64,000 bases of DNA from Escherichia coli (GCF_965641715.1 NZ_OZ282453.1), one strand, 5' to 3'; numbered from the stretch's first letter, positions 42,671 to 57,742 are shown. A program made the numbers and translations. The notes: generated from the letters alone by a model not told the origin.

Positions 42671-42752
42671 TCTTCATCTTTTTGATCTCTCTCGCAAATT
42701 TACCTGCAAATAATCCGTTCTAATCACTGCCTAAAGATCGCAGGAGATAAAG

Positions 42753-44849
42753 ATGGAAAAGCACGCAGCTGAATTGCTTTTACAGCGGATGTTAGGAAAT
42801 ACCACCGCTACTTTCAGGGAAGGGCAATGGGAAGCCATAGACGCGGTGGTGAACCAACGGCGAAAACTGCTGGTTGTCCAACGCACTGGCTGGGGGAAAA
42901 GTGCTGTGTACTTCATCGCCAGTAAAATCTTCCGCGATCGCGGCGCTGGCCCGACAATTATCATCTCTCCTTTGCTTGCCCTGATGCGTAACCAGGTTGC
43001 CGCCGCTGAACGGTTAGGTATTACGGCTGAAACGTTGAATTCTACAAACAGAGAAGAATGGCAGCGCATTAGCGATAAGTTGCTGCAAGGTGAGGTCGAT
43101 TGCTTGCTGGTTTCCCCGGAACGTTTGGCAAACCAGGACTTTATCGAAACGGTTTTATATCCTATAGCCGATCGTATTGGCTTGCTTGTGGTCGACGAGG
43201 CGCACTGCATCTCTGATTGGGGCCACGATTTTCGCCCGGATTACCGACGTATATTAGATATTTTGCGCCAACTACCTGCGAATACCCCTGTTCTGGGTAC
43301 AACCGCGACAGCGAATAACCGTGTCGTTGAGGATATCCGTCAGCAATTGGGTGACATTGTGATTCAGCGTGGAACGCTGGCTCGCGAAAGTTTGGCGCTT
43401 GATGCCTTAGTCTTAGGTGAACAGTCATCCCGTCTGGCATGGTTAGCAACGGTTATCCCTCAGTTTTCCAAATCGGGAATTGTTTATACCCTGACTACTC
43501 GCGATGCCGAACTTGTCGCCGAGTGGTTAAGGAAAAATGGTATCAGTGCATTTGCTTACTACAGCGGCGTGACTTGCGAAGGCGCGGAAGATTCTAATAC
43601 TGCCAGGGAATATCTGGAGCAGGCGTTGCTGGCAAATAAAATTAAAGTGCTGGTTGCGACAACGGCGCTGGGAATGGGCTTTGACAAACCGGATTTGGGG
43701 TTTGTTATTCATTACCAGATGCCAGGTTCGATAGTTGGTTACTACCAACAGGTGGGGCGTGCCGGTCGCGGTATCGATTCTGCTGTTGGCATACTGCTTT
43801 GCGGCAGTGAAGACCGTGCTATTCATAAATTCTTCCGTGAAAGCGCCTTTCCTGCGGAGGCGCAAATTCATGAAATACTCAACGTACTTAGCGTGAATGA
43901 CGGTCTTACCTTACGAGGCATTGAACAACGGACGAATCTCCGTTATGGGCAAATAGAAAAAGCACTGAAATTATTGGTAGCTGAAAATCCATCGCCTGTG
44001 GTGTATACCGAGAAATTATGGCGCAGAACAATTGTCAGTTTTTCTCCTGACCATGAACGAATTAACCATTTGATGAATCAGAGAAAAAGTGAGCTGGCAG
44101 ACGTTGAAAGCTATATCACGACCAAGGAGTGCAAAATGCAATTTCTGCGCCGCGCACTCGATGAGCCAGGTGCCGAACATTGTGGTAAATGTAGCAGTTG
44201 TCTTCAGCATCCGTTGTTGTCGCCCGACATTGATAGCGGCTTACTCCATGCGGCAAACTTATTTATTAAACACGCTGACCTGCCATTAAATCTCAATAAA
44301 CAGGTGGCAGCTGGGGCTTTTACGCAATACGGATTTAAAGGGAACTTGCCTGCGAGTTTACAAGGATCTACGGGGCGAATCCTTTCTCGTTGGGGAGATT
44401 CCGGGTGGGGAAAGCAGGTAGCACAGGAGAAAAAAACGGGGCGATTCAGTGATGAACTGGTGGAGGCATGTGCGGAAATGGTTCGCCAACGCTGGAATCC
44501 GCATCCTGAACCAACCTGGGTATGCTGCGTTCCTTCATTAAAGCACCTCGACCTGGTTCCTGATTTTGCCCGGCGACTGGCGGCGAAACTTGGCTTACCT
44601 TTTATTGATGCCATTGAAAAAGTCGTGGACAATCCACCGCAGAAAATGCAGCAAAACCGTTTCCACCAGTGTCAAAATCTCGACGGGGCGTTTGTGATTA
44701 CCCCTCCTTTGATGCCTGGTCCGGCGTTGCTGGTTGACGATATCGTGGATTCTGCATGGACGCTGACAGTTCTGACAGCACTGTTACGCCAGGCAGGTTG
44801 CCCGACGGTTTATCCTCTTGCCCTTGCTTCTACCTCGGTAAAAAATTGA
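42753..44849 (+). CDS. RecQ-family helicase fused to C-terminal phosphoribosyltransferase-like domain (698 aa); candidate toxin/effector
   Basis: RecQ motifs GWGKS, VVDEAHCISDWGHDFRPDY, GTTATA, QQVGRAGRG; C-terminal PRTase-type motif LLVDDIVDSAWTLT. Confidence 0.8.
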   Translation: MEKHAAELLLQRMLGNTTATFREGQWEAIDAVVNQRRKLLVVQRTGWGKSAVYFIASKIFRDRGAGPTIIISPLLALMRNQVAAAERLGITAETLNSTNREEWQRISDKLLQGEVDCLLVSPERLANQDFIETVLYPIADRIGLLVVDEAHCISDWGHDFRPDYRRILDILRQLPANTPVLGTTATANNRVVEDIRQQLGDIVIQRGTLARESLALDALVLGEQSSRLAWLATVIPQFSKSGIVYTLTTRDAELVAEWLRKNGISAFAYYSGVTCEGAEDSNTAREYLEQALLANKIKVLVATTALGMGFDKPDLGFVIHYQMPGSIVGYYQQVGRAGRGIDSAVGILLCGSEDRAIHKFFRESAFPAEAQIHEILNVLSVNDGLTLRGIEQRTNLRYGQIEKALKLLVAENPSPVVYTEKLWRRTIVSFSPDHERINHLMNQRKSELADVESYITTKECKMQFLRRALDEPGAEHCGKCSSCLQHPLLSPDIDSGLLHAANLFIKHADLPLNLNKQVAAGAFTQYGFKGNLPASLQGSTGRILSRWGDSGWGKQVAQEKKTGRFSDELVEACAEMVRQRWNPHPEPTWVCCVPSLKHLDLVPDFARRLAAKLGLPFIDAIEKVVDNPPQKMQQNRFHQCQNLDGAFVITPPLMPGPALLVDDIVDSAWTLTVLTALLRQAGCPTVYPLALASTSVKN

Positions 44850-46051
44850 TGAATCTTTCAGCCAATGCACAAGCAACTCTCCTGCTAACCAGCGATTTTT
44901 CTCGCGCGGCGGCGAGTGAGTATAAACCTCTTAGTAATAGTGAATGGGGGAAGTTTGCATTATGGCTGAAGCACCAACGTATCAGTCCCGCCGAGCTTCT
45001 GGTGCCGCAACCGCAAGAGAAACTTACAGGCTGGAGCGATCCGCGTATTTCTCAGGAGCGTATTCTTGGCTTGCTGGCGCGTGGTCATAGTCTGGCGTTG
45101 GCGGTAGATAAGTGGCAACGCGCCGGTTTATGGATCTTAACCCGCGGAGATGCTGATTATCCCGTTCGCTTGAAAAACCGATTGCGAACGGATGCACCTC
45201 CCGTTTTATTTGGCTGCGGGAATAAAGCATTACTGCAAGCGGAAGGTATGGCGATTGTTGGCTCGCGAGATGCTCCGACTGACGATTTGCGCTATACCCA
45301 ACAACTGGCCGCGAAACTGGCCCAACAGGGGATTTGCGTTATCTCTGGTGGTGCGCGAGGTATTGATGAATGTGCAATGGCGTCGGCACTGGAGGCCGGG
45401 GGAACTGCCGTTGGCGTATTAGCTGATAGCTTGTTAAAAACGAGTACGTTAGTGAAATGGCGTGAAGGGCTTATAGCAGGCAACCTGGTGTTGATTTCGC
45501 CGTTTTACCCAGAGGTACGTTTCACCGTCGGCAATGCGATGGCGCGAAATAAATATATTTATTGCCTTGCTGAAAGCGCAATGGTTGTACGTGCGGGAAT
45601 GACCGGTGGAACGATAACCGGGGCGATGGAGGCATTAAAACATCAGTGGCTGCCTGTGCAGGTTAAACCAAATCAGGATATGCAATCAGCCAATTCACGA
45701 TTAGTAGAAAATGGGGCGTCATGGAGTGCTGAACAGGCTGAGAATGTGACGATCAGACTGCCAGACGTTCCTGGGCTGATGTATGACAGAGCACTCCGTA
45801 ACGCTCAACCAGAACTGTTTTCGCTGCATGAAGATGACGCAAATTACGCAGTAATGCCCGCGTATACGCCTGTCGATTTTTATCAACTCTTTGTGGCGGA
45901 ACTGGCGATCCTTGCAAAGGAATCGATAAGTATTGAAAGGCTGGCGTCTTGTACTGGTTTAACCATCGAACAAATTAGTGTGTGGCTGAACCGCGCAGAA
46001 GAAGAGGGAAGGGTTATCCGATTGGGCGAAGGTCATTATCAGTTCAGGTAA
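44849..46051 (+). CDS. DprA/Smf-like (SLOG Rossmann) protein with C-terminal winged helix (400 aa); candidate antitoxin/partner
   Basis: ORF 44756..46051; ATG at 44849 overlaps upstream stop (TGATG); DprA-like GSRD and ISGGARGID motifs. Confidence 0.75.
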   Translation: MNLSANAQATLLLTSDFSRAAASEYKPLSNSEWGKFALWLKHQRISPAELLVPQPQEKLTGWSDPRISQERILGLLARGHSLALAVDKWQRAGLWILTRGDADYPVRLKNRLRTDAPPVLFGCGNKALLQAEGMAIVGSRDAPTDDLRYTQQLAAKLAQQGICVISGGARGIDECAMASALEAGGTAVGVLADSLLKTSTLVKWREGLIAGNLVLISPFYPEVRFTVGNAMARNKYIYCLAESAMVVRAGMTGGTITGAMEALKHQWLPVQVKPNQDMQSANSRLVENGASWSAEQAENVTIRLPDVPGLMYDRALRNAQPELFSLHEDDANYAVMPAYTPVDFYQLFVAELAILAKESISIERLASCTGLTIEQISVWLNRAEEEGRVIRLGEGHYQFR

Positions 46052-46096
46052 TAAAACAGGTGCCGCGTCTGGTTGTGTGCAGCACCTGTTTGAACC

Positions 46097-46690
46097 TTAC
46101 CCCTTCATCCACATTCGAATGCCGTCGAGGAACATCTGGGTTGCCATCATCACCAGAATCAATCCCATCAGGCGTTCAAGTGCGTTCACCCCTTTCTCGC
46201 CCAGCAGACGTAAAAATAGCGAAGACTGTAGCAGGATGACAAAGGTGCCGCCCCAGGCCAGCAGCAGAGCAATCACCAGATGTCCCATCTGATTCGGGTA
46301 CTGATGAGACAACAACATCAGCGTGGCGAGAATAGTTGGCCCGGCGACCAGCGGAATTGCCAGCGGCACGATAAATGGCTCTTCACCTGCCGGAAGCCCG
46401 CTGCTATTTCCTGAAGCGCTGGGGAAAATCATCTTAATGGCAATTAGAAACAGAATGATGCCGCCAGAAATGGAGACGGTTTCTGCTCGCAGGCTGAGAA
46501 ATGCCAGAATTTTCTCACCCGCAAACAGGAACACCAGCATCACCAGGAGAGCAATAAGCAACTCTCGCACCATGATTGCCCGCCGTCTTTTCGGTTCAGT
46601 ATGTTTCAGTACGGACATGAAAATAGGTAGGTTTCCGAGCGGATCCATAATCAGGATCAATAAAACTGCTGCAGAAATGATTTCATTCAT
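46097..46690 (-). CDS. yhgN: MarC-family membrane protein
   Basis: 197 aa; synteny next to asd. Confidence 0.9.
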   Translation of the reverse strand: MNEIISAAVLLILIMDPLGNLPIFMSVLKHTEPKRRRAIMVRELLIALLVMLVFLFAGEKILAFLSLRAETVSISGGIILFLIAIKMIFPSASGNSSGLPAGEEPFIVPLAIPLVAGPTILATLMLLSHQYPNQMGHLVIALLLAWGGTFVILLQSSLFLRLLGEKGVNALERLMGLILVMMATQMFLDGIRMWMKG

Positions 46691-46881
46691 AACTCAAATT
46701 CCCTGATAATTGCCGCGGACTTTCTGCGTGCTAACAAAGCAGGATAAGTCGCATTACTGATGGCTTCGCTATCATTGATTAATTTCACTTGCGACTTTGG
46801 CTGCTTTTTGTATGGTGAAAGATGTGCCAAGAGGAGACCGGCACATTTATACAGCACACATCTTTGCAGGAAAAAACGCTT

Positions 46882-47985
46882 ATGAAAAATGTTGGTTTTA
46901 TCGGCTGGCGCGGTATGGTCGGCTCCGTTCTCATGCAACGCATGGTTGAAGAGCGCGACTTCGACGCCATTCGCCCTGTCTTCTTTTCTACTTCTCAGCT
47001 TGGTCAGGCTGCGCCGTCTTTTGGCGGAACCACTGGCACACTTCAGGATGCCTTTGATCTGGAGGCGCTAAAGGCCCTCGATATCATTGTGACCTGTCAG
47101 GGCGGCGATTATACCAACGAAATCTATCCAAAGCTTCGTGAAAGCGGATGGCAGGGTTACTGGATTGACGCAGCATCGTCTCTGCGCATGAAAGATGACG
47201 CCATCATCATTCTTGACCCCGTCAATCAGGACGTCATTACCGACGGATTAAATAATGGCATCAGGACTTTTGTTGGCGGTAACTGTACCGTAAGCCTGAT
47301 GTTGATGTCGTTGGGTGGTTTATTCGCCAATGATCTTGTTGATTGGGTGTCCGTTGCAACCTACCAGGCCGCTTCCGGCGGTGGTGCGCGACATATGCGT
47401 GAGTTATTAACCCAGATGGGCCATCTGTATGGCCATGTAGCAGATGAACTCGCGACCCCGTCCTCTGCTATTCTCGATATCGAACGCAAAGTCACAACCT
47501 TAACCCGTAGCGGTGAGCTGCCGGTGGATAACTTTGGCGTGCCGCTGGCGGGTAGCCTGATTCCGTGGATCGACAAACAGCTCGATAACGGTCAGAGCCG
47601 CGAAGAGTGGAAAGGGCAGGCGGAAACCAACAAGATCCTCAACACATCTTCCGTAATTCCGGTAGATGGTTTATGTGTGCGTGTCGGGGCATTGCGCTGC
47701 CACAGCCAGGCATTCACTATTAAATTGAAAAAAGATGTGTCGATTCCGACCGTGGAAGAACTGCTGGCTGCGCACAATCCGTGGGCGAAAGTCGTTCCGA
47801 ACGATCGGGAAATCACTATGCGTGAGCTAACCCCAGCTGCCGTTACCGGCACGCTGACCACGCCGGTAGGCCGCCTGCGTAAGCTGAATATGGGACCAGA
47901 GTTCCTGTCAGCCTTTACCGTGGGCGACCAGCTGCTGTGGGGGGCCGCGGAGCCGCTGCGTCGGATGCTTCGTCAACTGGCGTAA
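46882..47985 (+). CDS. asd: Aspartate-semialdehyde dehydrogenase
   Basis: ORF 46822..47985; start [16 protein letters not shown] gives 367 aa. Confidence 0.95.
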
Positions 47986-48257
47986 TCTTTATTCATTAAA
48001 TCTGGGGCGCGATGCCGCCCCTGTTAGTGCGTAATACAGGAGTAAGCGCAGATGTTTCATGATTTACCGGGAGTTAAATAGAGCATTGGCTATTCTTTAA
48101 GGGTGGCTGAATACATGAGTATTCACAGCCTTACCTGAAGTGAGGACGACGCAGAGAGGATGCACAGAGTGCTGCGCCGTTCAGGTCAAAAAAATGTCAC
48201 AACCAGAAGTCAAAAATCCAATTGGATGGGGTGACACAATAAAACAGGAAGACAAGC

Positions 48258-50444
48258 ATGTCCGATCGTATCGATAGAGACGTGATTAACGCGCTAATTG
48301 CAGGCCATTTTGCGGATCCTTTTTCCGTACTGGGAATGCATAAAACCACCGCGGGACTGGAAGTCCGTGCCCTTTTACCCGACGCTACCGATGTGTGGGT
48401 GATTGAACCGAAAACCGGGCGCAAACTCGCAAAACTGGAGTGTCTCGACTCACGGGGATTCTTTAGCGGCGTCATTCCGCGACGTAAGAATTTTTTCCGC
48501 TATCAGTTGGCTGTTGTCTGGCATGGTCAGCAAAACCTGATTGATGATCCTTACCGTTTTGGTCCGCTAATCCAGGAAATGGATGCCTGGCTATTATCTG
48601 AAGGTACTCACCTGCGTCCGTATGAAACCTTAGGCGCGCATGCAGATACTATGGATGGCGTCACAGGTACGCGTTTTTCTGTCTGGGCTCCAAACGCCCG
48701 TCGGGTCTCGGTGGTTGGGCAATTCAACTACTGGGACGGTCGCCGTCACCCGATGCGCCTGCGTAAAGAGAGCGGCATCTGGGAACTGTTTATCCCTGGG
48801 GCGCATAACGGTCAGCTCTATAAATACGAGATGATTGATGCCAATGGCAACTTGCGTCTGAAGTCCGACCCTTATGCCTTCGAAGCGCAAATGCGCCCGG
48901 AAACCGCGTCTCTTATTTGCGGGCTGCCGGAAAAGGTTGTACAGACTGAAGAGCGCAAAAAAGCGAATCAGTTTGATGCGCCAATCTCTATTTATGAAGT
49001 TCACCTGGGCTCCTGGCGTCGCCACACCGACAACAATTTCTGGTTGAGCTACCGCGAGCTGGCCGATCAACTGGTGCCTTATGCTAAATGGATGGGCTTT
49101 ACCCACCTCGAACTACTGCCCATTAACGAGCATCCCTTCGATGGCAGTTGGGGTTATCAGCCAACCGGCCTGTATGCACCAACCCGCCGTTTTGGTACTC
49201 GCGACGACTTCCGTTATTTCATTGATGCTGCACACGCAGCTGGTCTGAACGTGATTCTCGACTGGGTGCCAGGCCACTTCCCGACTGATGACTTTGCGCT
49301 TGCCGAATTTGATGGTACGAACTTGTATGAACACAGCGATCCGCGCGAAGGCTATCATCAGGACTGGAACACGCTGATTTACAACTATGGTCGCCGTGAA
49401 GTCAGTAACTTCCTCGTCGGTAACGCGCTTTACTGGATTGAACGTTTTGGTATTGATGCGCTGCGCGTCGATGCGGTGGCGTCGATGATTTATCGTGACT
49501 ACAGCCGTAAAGAGGGGGAGTGGATCCCGAATGAATTTGGCGGGCGCGAGAATCTTGAAGCGATTGAATTCTTGCGTAATACCAACCGTATTCTTGGTGA
49601 GCAGGTTTCCGGTGCGGTGACAATGGCTGAGGAGTCTACCGATTTCCCTGGCGTTTCTCGTCCGCAGGATATGGGCGGTCTGGGCTTCTGGTACAAGTGG
49701 AACCTCGGCTGGATGCATGACACCCTGGACTACATGAAGCTCGACCCGATTTATCGTCAGTATCATCACGATAAACTGACCTTCGGGATGCTCTACAACT
49801 ACACTGAAAACTTCGTCCTGCCGTTGTCGCATGATGAAGTGGTCCACGGTAAAAAATCGATTCTCGACCGCATGCCGGGCGACGCATGGCAGAAATTCGC
49901 TAACCTGCGCGCTTACTATGGCTGGATGTGGGCATTTCCGGGCAAGAAACTGCTGTTCATGGGGAACGAATTTGCCCAGGGCCGCGAGTGGAACCATGAC
50001 GCCAGCCTCGACTGGCATCTGTTGGAAGGCGGCGATAACTGGCACCACGGTATCCAGCGTTTGGTGCGCGATCTGAACCTCACCTACCGCCACCATAAAG
50101 CGATGCATGAACTGGATTTTGACCCGTACGGCTTTGAATGGCTGGTGGTGGATGACAAAGAACGCTCGGTGCTGATCTTTGTGCGTCGCGATAAAGAGGG
50201 TAACGAAATCATCGTTGCCAGTAACTTTACGCCGGTGCCGCGTCATGATTATCGCTTCGGCATTAATCAGCCAGGCAACTGGCGTGAGATCCTCAATACC
50301 GATTCCATGCACTATCACGGCAGTAATGCAGGCAATGGCGGCACGGTACACAGCGATGAGATTGCCAGCCACGGTCGTCAGCATTCACTAAGCCTGACGC
50401 TACCACCGCTGGCCACTATCTGGCTGGTTCGGGAGGCAGAATGA
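48258..50444 (+). CDS. glgB: 1,4-alpha-glucan branching enzyme
   Basis: 728 aa. Confidence 0.97.
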   Translation: MSDRIDRDVINALIAGHFADPFSVLGMHKTTAGLEVRALLPDATDVWVIEPKTGRKLAKLECLDSRGFFSGVIPRRKNFFRYQLAVVWHGQQNLIDDPYRFGPLIQEMDAWLLSEGTHLRPYETLGAHADTMDGVTGTRFSVWAPNARRVSVVGQFNYWDGRRHPMRLRKESGIWELFIPGAHNGQLYKYEMIDANGNLRLKSDPYAFEAQMRPETASLICGLPEKVVQTEERKKANQFDAPISIYEVHLGSWRRHTDNNFWLSYRELADQLVPYAKWMGFTHLELLPINEHPFDGSWGYQPTGLYAPTRRFGTRDDFRYFIDAAHAAGLNVILDWVPGHFPTDDFALAEFDGTNLYEHSDPREGYHQDWNTLIYNYGRREVSNFLVGNALYWIERFGIDALRVDAVASMIYRDYSRKEGEWIPNEFGGRENLEAIEFLRNTNRILGEQVSGAVTMAEESTDFPGVSRPQDMGGLGFWYKWNLGWMHDTLDYMKLDPIYRQYHHDKLTFGMLYNYTENFVLPLSHDEVVHGKKSILDRMPGDAWQKFANLRAYYGWMWAFPGKKLLFMGNEFAQGREWNHDASLDWHLLEGGDNWHHGIQRLVRDLNLTYRHHKAMHELDFDPYGFEWLVVDDKERSVLIFVRRDKEGNEIIVASNFTPVPRHDYRFGINQPGNWREILNTDSMHYHGSNAGNGGTVHSDEIASHGRQHSLSLTLPPLATIWLVREAE

Positions 50445-52414
50445 CACAACTCGCCATTGGCAAGCCCGCTCCCCTCGGCGCGCATTACGACGGTCAGGGC
50501 GTCAACTTCACACTTTTCTCCGCTCATGCCGAGCGGGTAGAGCTGTGTGTCTTTGACGCCAATGGCCAGGAACATCGCTATGACTTGCCAGGGCACAGTG
50601 GCGACATTTGGCACGGTTATCTGCCGGATGCGCGCCCGGGTTTGCGTTATGGTTATCGCGTTCATGGCCCCTGGCAACCCGCCGAGGGGCATCGCTTTAA
50701 CCCGGCGAAGTTGTTGATTGATCCTTGCGCGCGGCAAATTGACGGGGAGTTTAAAGATAACCCGCTGCTGCACGCCGGTCATAATGAACCTGACTATCGC
50801 GACAACGCCGCCATTGCGCCGAAATGCGTAGTGGTGGTTGATCACTATGACTGGGAAGATGATGCCCCGCCGTGCACGCCGTGGAGCAGCACCATCATTT
50901 ATGAAGCCCATGTCAAAGGATTAACATACCTGCACCCGGAGATCCCGGTCGAGATCCGTGGCACTTATAAAGCCCTCGGGCATCCGGTGATGATCAACTA
51001 TTTGAAACAGTTGGGCATTACCGCGCTGGAACTGCTGCCGGTGGCGCAGTTTGCCAGTGAACCACGTCTGCAACGCATGGGGCTAAGTAACTACTGGGGG
51101 TACAACCCGGTGGCGATGTTTGCGCTGCATCCGGCGTATGCCTGCTCGCCAGAAACGGCGCTGCATGAGTTTCGCGATGCAATCAAAGCACTGCATAAAG
51201 CGGGTATCGAAGTCATTCTTGATATCGTGCTCAACCATAGTGCGGAACTGGACCTCGACGGCCCGTTATTCTCGCTGCGTGGGATCGACAACCGTAGCTA
51301 TTATTGGATAAGAGAAGACGGCGATTATCACAACTGGACCGGTTGTGGCAACACGCTCAATTTGAGTCACCCGGCGGTGGTGGATTATGCCAGCGCCTGC
51401 CTGCGTTATTGGGTAGAAACCTGCCACGTCGATGGTTTCCGCTTTGATCTGGCGGCAGTCATGGGTCGTACGCCAGAGTTCCGTCAGGATGCGCCGTTGT
51501 TTACCGCTATCCAGAACTGCCCGGTGCTCTCGCAGGTGAAGTTAATTGCTGAACCGTGGGATATCGCTCCTGGTGGTTATCAGGTGGGAAATTTCCCGCC
51601 GCTGTTTGCCGAGTGGAACGATCATTTCCGCGATGCTGCCCGTCGTTTCTGGCTACATTATGATTTGCCTCTGGGGGCGTTTGCCGGGCGTTTTGCTGCC
51701 TCCAGCGATGTTTTTAAACGTAATGGTCGTCTGCCGAGTGCCGCGATTAATCTCGTCACCGCACATGACGGTTTTACGCTTCGCGACTGCGTTTGCTTCA
51801 ACCATAAACACAATGAAGCAAACGGAGAAGAAAATCGCGACGGGACCAACAACAATTACAGTAACAATCATGGTAAAGAAGGGTTAGGCGGTACTCTTGA
51901 TCTGGTTGAACGGCGGCGCGACAGCATTCATGCCCTGTTAACAACGTTGTTGCTCTCCCAGGGCACGCCGATGTTACTGGCCGGTGACGAACATGGTCAC
52001 AGCCAGCATGGCAATAACAATGCCTACTGTCAGGATAACCAATTAACCTGGTTGGACTGGTCGCAGGCAAGCAGTGGTTTAACCGCATTTACCGCCGCGT
52101 TAATCCATCTGCGCAAGCGTATTCCCGCTTTGGTGGAGAATCGCTGGTGGGAAGAAGGCGACGGCAATGTCCGTTGGCTAAATCGATATGCTCAACCTTT
52201 AAGCACGGATGAGTGGCAAAACGGGCCGAAACAGCTGCAAATTCTGCTCTCGGATCGCTTTTTGATCGCAATTAACGCCACGCTTGAGGTAACAGAGATT
52301 GTTTTACCTGCTGGGGAGTGGCACGCCATTCCCCCATTCGCTGGAGAGGATAACCCAGTGATTACGGCTGTCTGGCAGGGACCTGCACACGGATTGTGTG
52401 TGTTCCAGAGATGA
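50441..52414 (+). CDS. glgX: Glycogen debranching enzyme
   Basis: 657 aa; overlaps glgB stop. Confidence 0.97.
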
Positions 52415-52431
52415 TAAAAAAGGAGTTAGTC

Positions 52432-53727
52432 ATGGTTAGTTTAGAGAAGAACGATCACTTAATGTTGGCGCGCCAGCTGCCATTGAAATCTGTTGCCCTG
52501 ATACTGGCGGGAGGACGTGGTACCCGCCTGAAGGATTTAACCAATAAGCGAGCAAAACCGGCCGTACACTTCGGTGGTAAGTTCCGCATTATCGACTTTG
52601 CGCTGTCTAACTGCATCAACTCCGGGATCCGTCGTATGGGCGTGATCACCCAGTACCAGTCCCACACTCTGGTGCAGCACATTCAGCGCGGCTGGTCATT
52701 CTTTAATGAAGAAATGAACGAGTTTGTCGATCTGCTGCCAGCGCAGCAGAGAATGAAAGGGGAAAACTGGTATCGCGGCACCGCAGATGCGGTCACCCAA
52801 AACCTCGACATTATCCGCCGTTATAAAGCGGAATACGTGGTGATCCTGGCGGGCGACCATATCTACAAGCAAGACTACTCGCGTATGCTTATCGATCACG
52901 TCGAAAAAGGCGCACGTTGCACCGTTGCTTGTATGCCAGTACCGATTGAAGAAGCCTCCGCATTTGGCGTTATGGCGGTTGATGAGAACGATAAAATTAT
53001 CGAATTCGTTGAAAAACCTGCTAACCCGCCGTCAATGCCGAACGATCCGAGCAAATCTCTGGCGAGTATGGGTATCTACGTCTTTGACGCCGACTATCTG
53101 TATGAACTGCTGGAAGAAGACGATCGCGATGAGAACTCCAGCCACGACTTTGGCAAAGATTTGATTCCCAAGATCACCGAAGCCGGTCTGGCCTATGCGC
53201 ACCCGTTCCCGCTCTCTTGCGTACAATCCGACCCGGATGCCGAGCCGTACTGGCGCGATGTGGGTACGCTGGAAGCTTACTGGAAAGCGAACCTCGATCT
53301 GGCCTCTGTGGTGCCGGAGCTGGATATGTACGATCGCAATTGGCCAATTCGCACCTACAATGAATCATTACCGCCAGCGAAATTCGTGCAGGATCGCTCC
53401 GGTAGCCACGGGATGACCCTTAACTCACTGGTTTCCGGCGGTTGTGTGATCTCCGGTTCGGTGGTGGTGCAGTCCGTTCTGTTCTCGCGCGTTCGCGTGA
53501 ATTCATTCTGCAACATTGATTCCGCCGTATTGTTACCGGAAGTATGGGTAGGTCGCTCGTGCCGTCTGCGCCGCTGCGTCATTGATCGTGCTTGTGTTAT
53601 TCCGGAAGGCATGGTGATTGGTGAAAACGCAGAGGAAGATGCACGTCGTTTCTATCGTTCAGAAGAAGGCATCGTGCTGGTAACGCGCGAAATGCTACGG
53701 AAGTTAGGGCATAAACAGGAGCGATAA
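52432..53727 (+). CDS. glgC: Glucose-1-phosphate adenylyltransferase
   Basis: ORF 52396..53727; start [10 protein letters not shown] gives 431 aa. Confidence 0.97.
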
Positions 53728-55160
53728 TGCAGGTTTTACATGTATGTTCAGAGATGTTCCCGCTGCTTAAAACCGGCGGTCTGGCTGATGTTATTGGGGC
53801 ATTACCCGCAGCACAAATCGCAGACGGCGTTGACGCTCGCGTACTGTTGCCTGCATTTCCCGATATTCGCCGTGGCGTGACCGATGCGCAGGTAGTATCC
53901 CGTCGTGATACCTTCGCCGGGCATATCACGCTGTTGTTCGGTCATTACAACGGGGTTGGCATATACCTGATTGACGCGCCGCATCTCTATGATCGTCCGG
54001 GAAGCCCGTATCACGATACCAACTTATTTGCCTATACCGACAACGTATTGCGTTTTGCGCTGCTGGGGTGGGTTGGGGCAGAAATGGCCAGCGGGCTTGA
54101 CCCATTCTGGCGTCCTGATGTGGTGCATGCGCACGACTGGCATGCAGGCCTTGCGCCTGCGTATCTGGCGGCGCGCGGGCGTCCGGCGAAGTCGGTGTTT
54201 ACTGTGCACAACCTGGCCTATCAAGGCATGTTTTATGCACATCACATGAATGACATCCAATTGCCATGGTCATTCTTTAATATTCATGGGCTGGAATTCA
54301 ACGGACAAATCTCTTTCCTGAAGGCCGGTCTGTACTATGCCGATCACATTACGGCGGTCAGTCCAACCTACGCTCGCGAGATCACCGAACCGCAGTTTGC
54401 CTACGGTATGGAAGGTCTGTTGCAACAGCGTCACCGTGAAGGGCGTCTTTCCGGCGTACTGAACGGCGTGGACGAGAAAATCTGGAGTCCAGAGACGGAC
54501 TTACTGTTGGCCTCGCGTTACACCCGCGATACGTTGGAAGATAAAGCGGAAAATAAGCGCCAGTTACAAATCGCAATGGGGCTTAAGGTTGACGATAAAG
54601 TGCCGCTTTTTGCAGTGGTGAGCCGTCTGACCAGCCAGAAAGGTCTCGACCTGGTGCTGGAAGCCTTACCGGGCCTTCTGGAGCAGGGCGGGCAGCTGGC
54701 GCTACTCGGCGCGGGCGATCCGGTGCTGCAGGAAGGTTTCCTTGCGGCGGCAGCGGAATACCCCGGCCAGGTGGGCGTTCAGATTGGCTATCACGAAGCA
54801 TTTTCGCATCGCATTATGGGCGGCGCGGACGTCATTCTGGTGCCCAGCCGTTTTGAACCGTGCGGCTTAACGCAACTTTATGGATTGAAGTACGGTACGC
54901 TGCCGTTAGTGCGGCGCACCGGTGGGCTTGCTGATACGGTTTCTGACTGTTCTCTTGAGAACCTTGCAGATGGCGTCGCCAGTGGGTTTGTCTTTGAAGA
55001 TAGTAATGCCTGGTCGCTGTTACGAGCTATTCGACGTGCTTTTGTACTGTGGTCCCGTCCTTCTCTGTGGCGGTTTGTGCAACGTCAGGCTATGGCAATG
55101 GATTTTAGCTGGCAGGTCGCGGCGAAGTCGTACCGTGAGCTTTACTATCGCTTGAAATAG
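53727..55160 (+). CDS. glgA: Glycogen synthase
   Basis: 477 aa. Confidence 0.97.
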
Positions 55161-57626
<2,466 letters not shown>

Positions 57627-57642
57627 GTTCGCTAAAAAACAG

Positions 57643-57670
57643 AACGGGGCCACAAGGTCCCGTTTTTTTT
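57643..57670 (+). terminator. Rho-independent terminator after glgP
   Basis: Hairpin acggggccacaaggtcccgt followed by TTTTTTTT. Confidence 0.7.
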
Positions 57671-57742
57671 CGCCTTTATTTCGGAAAAGTGTCCAGAGGG
57701 GGCGAGGGTTCTCGGGGAGTATAATTCCGTCATTCAGGAAGA

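Noticed and set aside
49113-50384. 423-aa minus-strand ORF antisense to glgB
   Set aside because: Lies entirely inside the strongly supported glgB coding region; composition is consistent with an antisense shadow ORF in a GC-rich gene; no independent start context.
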